Shown here: positions 48,403 to 52,616 of the stretch, piece after piece
Layout: every line of letters starts with the position of its first letter
How positions within the stretch are numbered: the stretch's first letter is position 1
DNA from: Phyllobates terribilis
Taxonomy: Eukaryota
Direction of reading: 5' to 3'
Length of the DNA: 52,616 nt
Assembly (NCBI RefSeq): GCF_046119375.1
Contig: NW_027368056.1
Location: forward strand, 1 to 52,616
Made by a program: the position numbers and the translations under genes
Notes under the pieces: model-generated
Databases searched by the model: none
What the model was told of the DNA's origin: nothing
What the model saw: only the letters and a program-made list of their open reading frames with translations

Positions 48403-49627
48403 TGTCTGGCAGGGCGTCGTTCGGCCCTGCCAAAGTAATTATCCCAACTAACTACTCTACCAAAGTAAAGCGGCAAGTAGGAGTCGATATCATAGGGAAT
48501 TAGGGTGATCAATTCTTGTGATATTGAATTCAATTAACTCAAAAGGTAACCAAAGGGGGAAATGATTAAACTAACTACCAAATGATTGATTTATGACAAA
48601 TATGGGAAAACACTTTGCACAACTGGTATCCACCTAACAAGTTGATTAAATGATCATTAACTTCTTCTATTCGGGTTCTATCCTAATGCTTATATCATCT
48701 AGTTTCCCTAATCCTTGTTCCTATGTAACTATTAGTCCAACTAGTCCTAATAACCCTTACCTAAATACAACCCTGAAACTATCAAAGGTTAATCCCCAGG
48801 CAACAATGTGCTCAAGAATAAATAGGAATATGCAGTGCCATTTGGATGACACATTATTATCCTCCACACAACTACAAGTTCAACTAGCCCAAGTAATTGA
48901 TTTGCTACTCTATGGTAAGACTCTCCAACTCGGACAAGTCAGACCTAGCTATATGAAATTGACTTAATCTACCTAGTTGATCAGGCCAGACAAGTAAATC
49001 AATCCAGTCAACAATATACACAAGAGAGATGAAGCAAACTAGGATATATTATTAGAACCAAGTGATAGAAGTCGTATCATTTAATCAGCTTGTTGGCTTC
49101 CACCAATCGAACAAAGTAAAGGAGATTACTCATGTCTCATTGCGAAATAAACTACGTAAAGTGAAAATGAGAATGTGAATTGATAATTACGATGGAGGCA
49201 ATCTGTCCCTATTTATTAACCCTAACACAAAAAGTCTAAACTAGTCAGCCCAAAACTCCATCCGAAAATAGTCCAAAGCCCCAAAGTGAAGTCCCGATGA
49301 ATATTGAATTTGGATCTGTCTCGGCCCGACACGGGCGCGGTCGCTCGTGTATTGGCGCGATCACGCCTGGGCCGATTTTCTCTCTTTGGTCCACGTTCAG
49401 TGGTGCAGTCGCGCCAACACCTTTGCGGTTCAACGCGTTCGTGTCCTTGTGTGCGCGGCTCCGGATTTGTCCCCTTGGCTTGGTTTCTCCTCGAATATCC
49501 ATAATCCTCGTGTTTAGTGCCTTTACTTTGCTCGTCCCGGATCACGGTAAACACGCCATAATCATTCCAAATCACTCGTAATGATGCTAGCGACCACTTG
49601 TTGCACCATACTAAATGCCGCCTATCA
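48403..49627 (-). mobile_element. 3' LTR (about 1.2 kb) of an Athila-type Ty3/gypsy element
   Basis: Minus-strand start TGATAGGC at 49627, directly after the Athila-type tract CTCGAGGACGAGCAAGGTTCAAGTGTGGGTGTT. Left boundary uncertain by about 5 bp. Confidence 0.8.
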
Positions 49628-52616
49628 AACACCCACACTTGAACCTTGCTCGTCCTCGAGTAAGCCGCTACTAACTCTTTGGCGATCTCAGCGAGTATGG
49701 AAGACGTGACAGTAGTGGTTGTCGAATCAACACTCCAACTCTAAGTACCTACAATCATCAAAATTAATGGTTGTAGACTCCGACTCTACTAGAAATACTC
49801 AAAGTAATGCAAACTTAACTAGACTCTAAACTAACCCAACAATGGCATCAAATATTCCCCAAATTTTGAACTATGTTCACTCTATGCAAATACATTACCT
49901 GAATCCTCAAACCATGCTAAAGATGTCTCTATCCAAGTAATATGTTAATGTGAATAAAGGAAGATCAAATAAGCGACTAATTCTTGTCCTAACATGCTTC
50001 ATACTTATGACAATTATGCATGAGTTCTAATACCATTGAAAGCAAACAAAAAACCACAACTCAACTCAAGTCATATCACATGCACTTTTATTGCCCCTTT
50101 TCATCCTATTCACACATTTTTCACTTTATTAACACTTATTGGGTATTGGGCCCGTCCGTCTTATGGTCGGGCCAACTAATGATATTTGCTTATTTAGCCA
50201 TGGAGGATCGCACTAGGAGCCCAGAGTGATCTTTCACACCACGGAGATTGCGTGCTTTTCCGACTTATTTCACTGGGAGTTCGCTACCTTTTTATTTCCT
50301 TTTTTTATTTTGTAATGCAAAAGGACGGAAGCAATTTATTATGACATAATGACAAACTAGAGAAGAGATGGTAAACATGCAATCTTAGTATCGGTCCTAA
50401 TGCGGTCCTAATCATAGTCCACGTGCTCAAGTCAAAGTCATCTACTTGATCAAACATATCCTCATCATACATACTTGAAATATTAACATCTATAGCGTAG
50501 TAAAAAGATTCAAAATTCATGCACCATTATAGAAGTTCACACAACATCAAAATAGGGGGAAAACTATTAATACTGACTATAAAAATTCGAAAATGCTAAA
50601 AAATGCAAAGATAGGTGAAGTAAATCCCCTCCCCCACACTTAAACTACACAATATCCTCATTTTGAAATAAGGAACAAAGGTAAAATAAATGGAAGTTAG
50701 AAAATTACCTCCTCGACGGGTTGTTTCCCGGACAGCGCCTTTGGTTTGAGTCGTAGGCCTGACTTCTTGCTCTCATGTCAACCTGCACTGGCCCTCCTAA
50801 GGGCCAACTCATCCTTCCTAATCCAATATTGCTTGATTCCTTTCTTTTTCGCGAGCCCCTTGTTGTACCATCCCTTCATCTCTATGTAATGTCCTGGAGG
50901 TAACACATACACTCTAAGTACCTGCGCAATAGGGGAAAGAGAAGAAGGATTGTCTCCCTCTAACATCACCATCGGGGGCCCATCAACCAAGGCCATCTTA
51001 GTCCTGTCTATATCCCCTGCGGGATCAACTATCTTAATAGCAAATACACTAGCTAACTCATCACCGGACTCCTCATCAGTATCATAAATGTCAAAACTCA
51101 CTACGTCACCATCGAACTTCAATGACAAGGTCCCATTCCCTAGGTCTACCTTGGTACCCGTTGTCCTTATAAATGCCCTTCCTAAAAGTATAGGTACATC
51201 CTCCTTATCACTTTCCATATCAAGTACATAAAAGTCTGTGGGAAAGACTAACCTATCAACCTTAACCAACACCATTTTCCACTGTTCCCTTAGGACGAAC
51301 AGTAGACCCATCAGCTAATTGTACTAATATATCAATTTCATTCAAGGGGACTAATCCTACTTGCATGTAAAGGGGGTGAGGAATGACATTAATGACAACT
51401 CCTAAATCTAGCATGGTCCTATCAAAATTAGTGCTGCCGATATGACAAGGGATAGTAACCATACCTGGTTCACTGAATTTGGTGGGCATGCGTCTCTGGA
51501 AGATGGCAAACACTCTCTCTCCATCTGTTACCTTGTTGCTTCCCTTCATCATCTGCTTCTCTTAACTGTGCAAAGTTCCTTTAGAAACTTCGCGTACCTG
51601 GGCATGCTCTTGATTAGCTTCAACATGGGAATGTTTACTACACACTTGCTAAAGGTTTCAAACAACTCTTTGTCATCCACCGACCTTCTAGTGTCTCTTA
51701 ATGCCTCTAGGAAGGGGGCCGGGGGTTTCTCCGAGTTGAGTAGAGGGAAGTTGGGACGTACGTGATTGCTCTACCGAAGCTTAAAGTCTCCTCTTGGATC
51801 ATCAGCTCCTCTTCCTCCTCCATCGAAACAGCATTATTAGAATCCAGCACGAGAGGGGTCTCGTTTCCAGCAATGGGGATGGCGCGATCGCGCACTAGGG
51901 GGCGCGGTCGCACCATACTGCAGACTCGGTGGCGTGGGCGCGTGGCTCTTGGCACGGTCGTGCCACTGACAGATTTCAGCACACTCCTCTCCTTGGCCTG
52001 ATTTCTCCTCCGAGTTCCTCCCACTCCTTACTCCTTACTGACATTGTGTTGGCATTCTTAAGGTTCTGGTTTGCTGAATTTTGGCTCAGGGTCACCACAG
52101 TCTACGCTGATAGTGAATTCGATTGGTTTTGAACAAGTGTTGACACCGCCTGCGCTACTTTCCCTATTTGGACCTCCAAATTCTTGAGTCTTGCATCGGT
52201 GTTCTGGGCATTCGACGCGAGGGTGGTGAGATTCTTGGTCAGCTCCTTGATCATTTCTAAAGTAGGGGCTCCGGGGGTCTGTTGTGGGTCGCGGGGCCTC
52301 CATCTTTTTTGCTCGGACTGCTCTCTATATTTTGACTGGTAGTTCTGCTATTGCTGGTTGTCCCACGGCTGAGGAAGTCCATATCCTCCTATAGGATTTA
52401 CCTCTGCAACTGTGTCGTCCCACAACTTGGGAGACCGGTCTGAATGATGGGTTGAACTAGCACATATACCACAAACTCGTGCGGGTTGTTGCCCTCCCTT
52501 TGGTAGTAGGCTCACGAGCATCTTCTTTATCTCAGCTATCTCGCCCGCTTAACCTGATCCTTCGTACTTGAACTCATAGCATTCACCATCCTCTTAGTGT
52601 AAGTCCTTCCTAAGCT
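49628..52616 (-). mobile_element. Athila-type internal region: degenerate gag-linker-aspartic protease, no RT/RH/INT; continues past the right edge
   Basis: Motifs PPFLEAL, NIPMLKLIKSMPRYAKFLKELC, PGMVTIPCHIG..MLDLG, QLADGS.V.PKG, VFPTDFYVLDM..PILLGRAF. Frameshift near 51270. Stop at 50778, only about 1.15 kb from the 3' LTR. Confidence 0.85.

Overview
Eudicot plant nuclear DNA with spliceosomal genes and nested transposons; nothing prokaryotic or CRISPR-like. From left to right: (1) 1-2.9 kb: 5' end of a Tat-type Ty3/gypsy element on the minus strand, then a Copia (Sirevirus-like) LTR. (2) About 3.7-9.0 kb: a mitochondrial-like insertion (NUMT) made of 30-60 bp plastid, retroelement and group II intron scraps. 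(3) 10.5-14.5 kb: an AT-rich nest of tandem duplications, a Helitron and two Mutator-like MITEs carrying GTGCAC arrays. (4) 14.6-17.3 kb: a 2.7 kb CACTA element carrying a captured, intron-containing eIF3g gene remnant. (5) 20.2-46.2 kb: six genes - exportin-7-like (28 exons, 1049 aa), two tandem GH51 alpha-L-arabinofuranosidases, a DHHC S-acyltransferase, aquaporin SIP2 and an FSH1/OVCA2 serine hydrolase. (6) 46.7-52.6 kb: a Copia remnant, a LINE ORF1 fragment and an Athila-type element lacking RT/RH/INT. The four genes at 39.3-45.7 kb carry about 11 single-base homopolymer indels, most likely local assembly error. I found no convincing new biological system. The best leads are the eIF3g-carrying CACTA, the GTGCAC-array MITE family, the organellar patchwork and the gag-protease-only Athila. 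All homology calls come from recognising translated motifs from memory, not from database searches.
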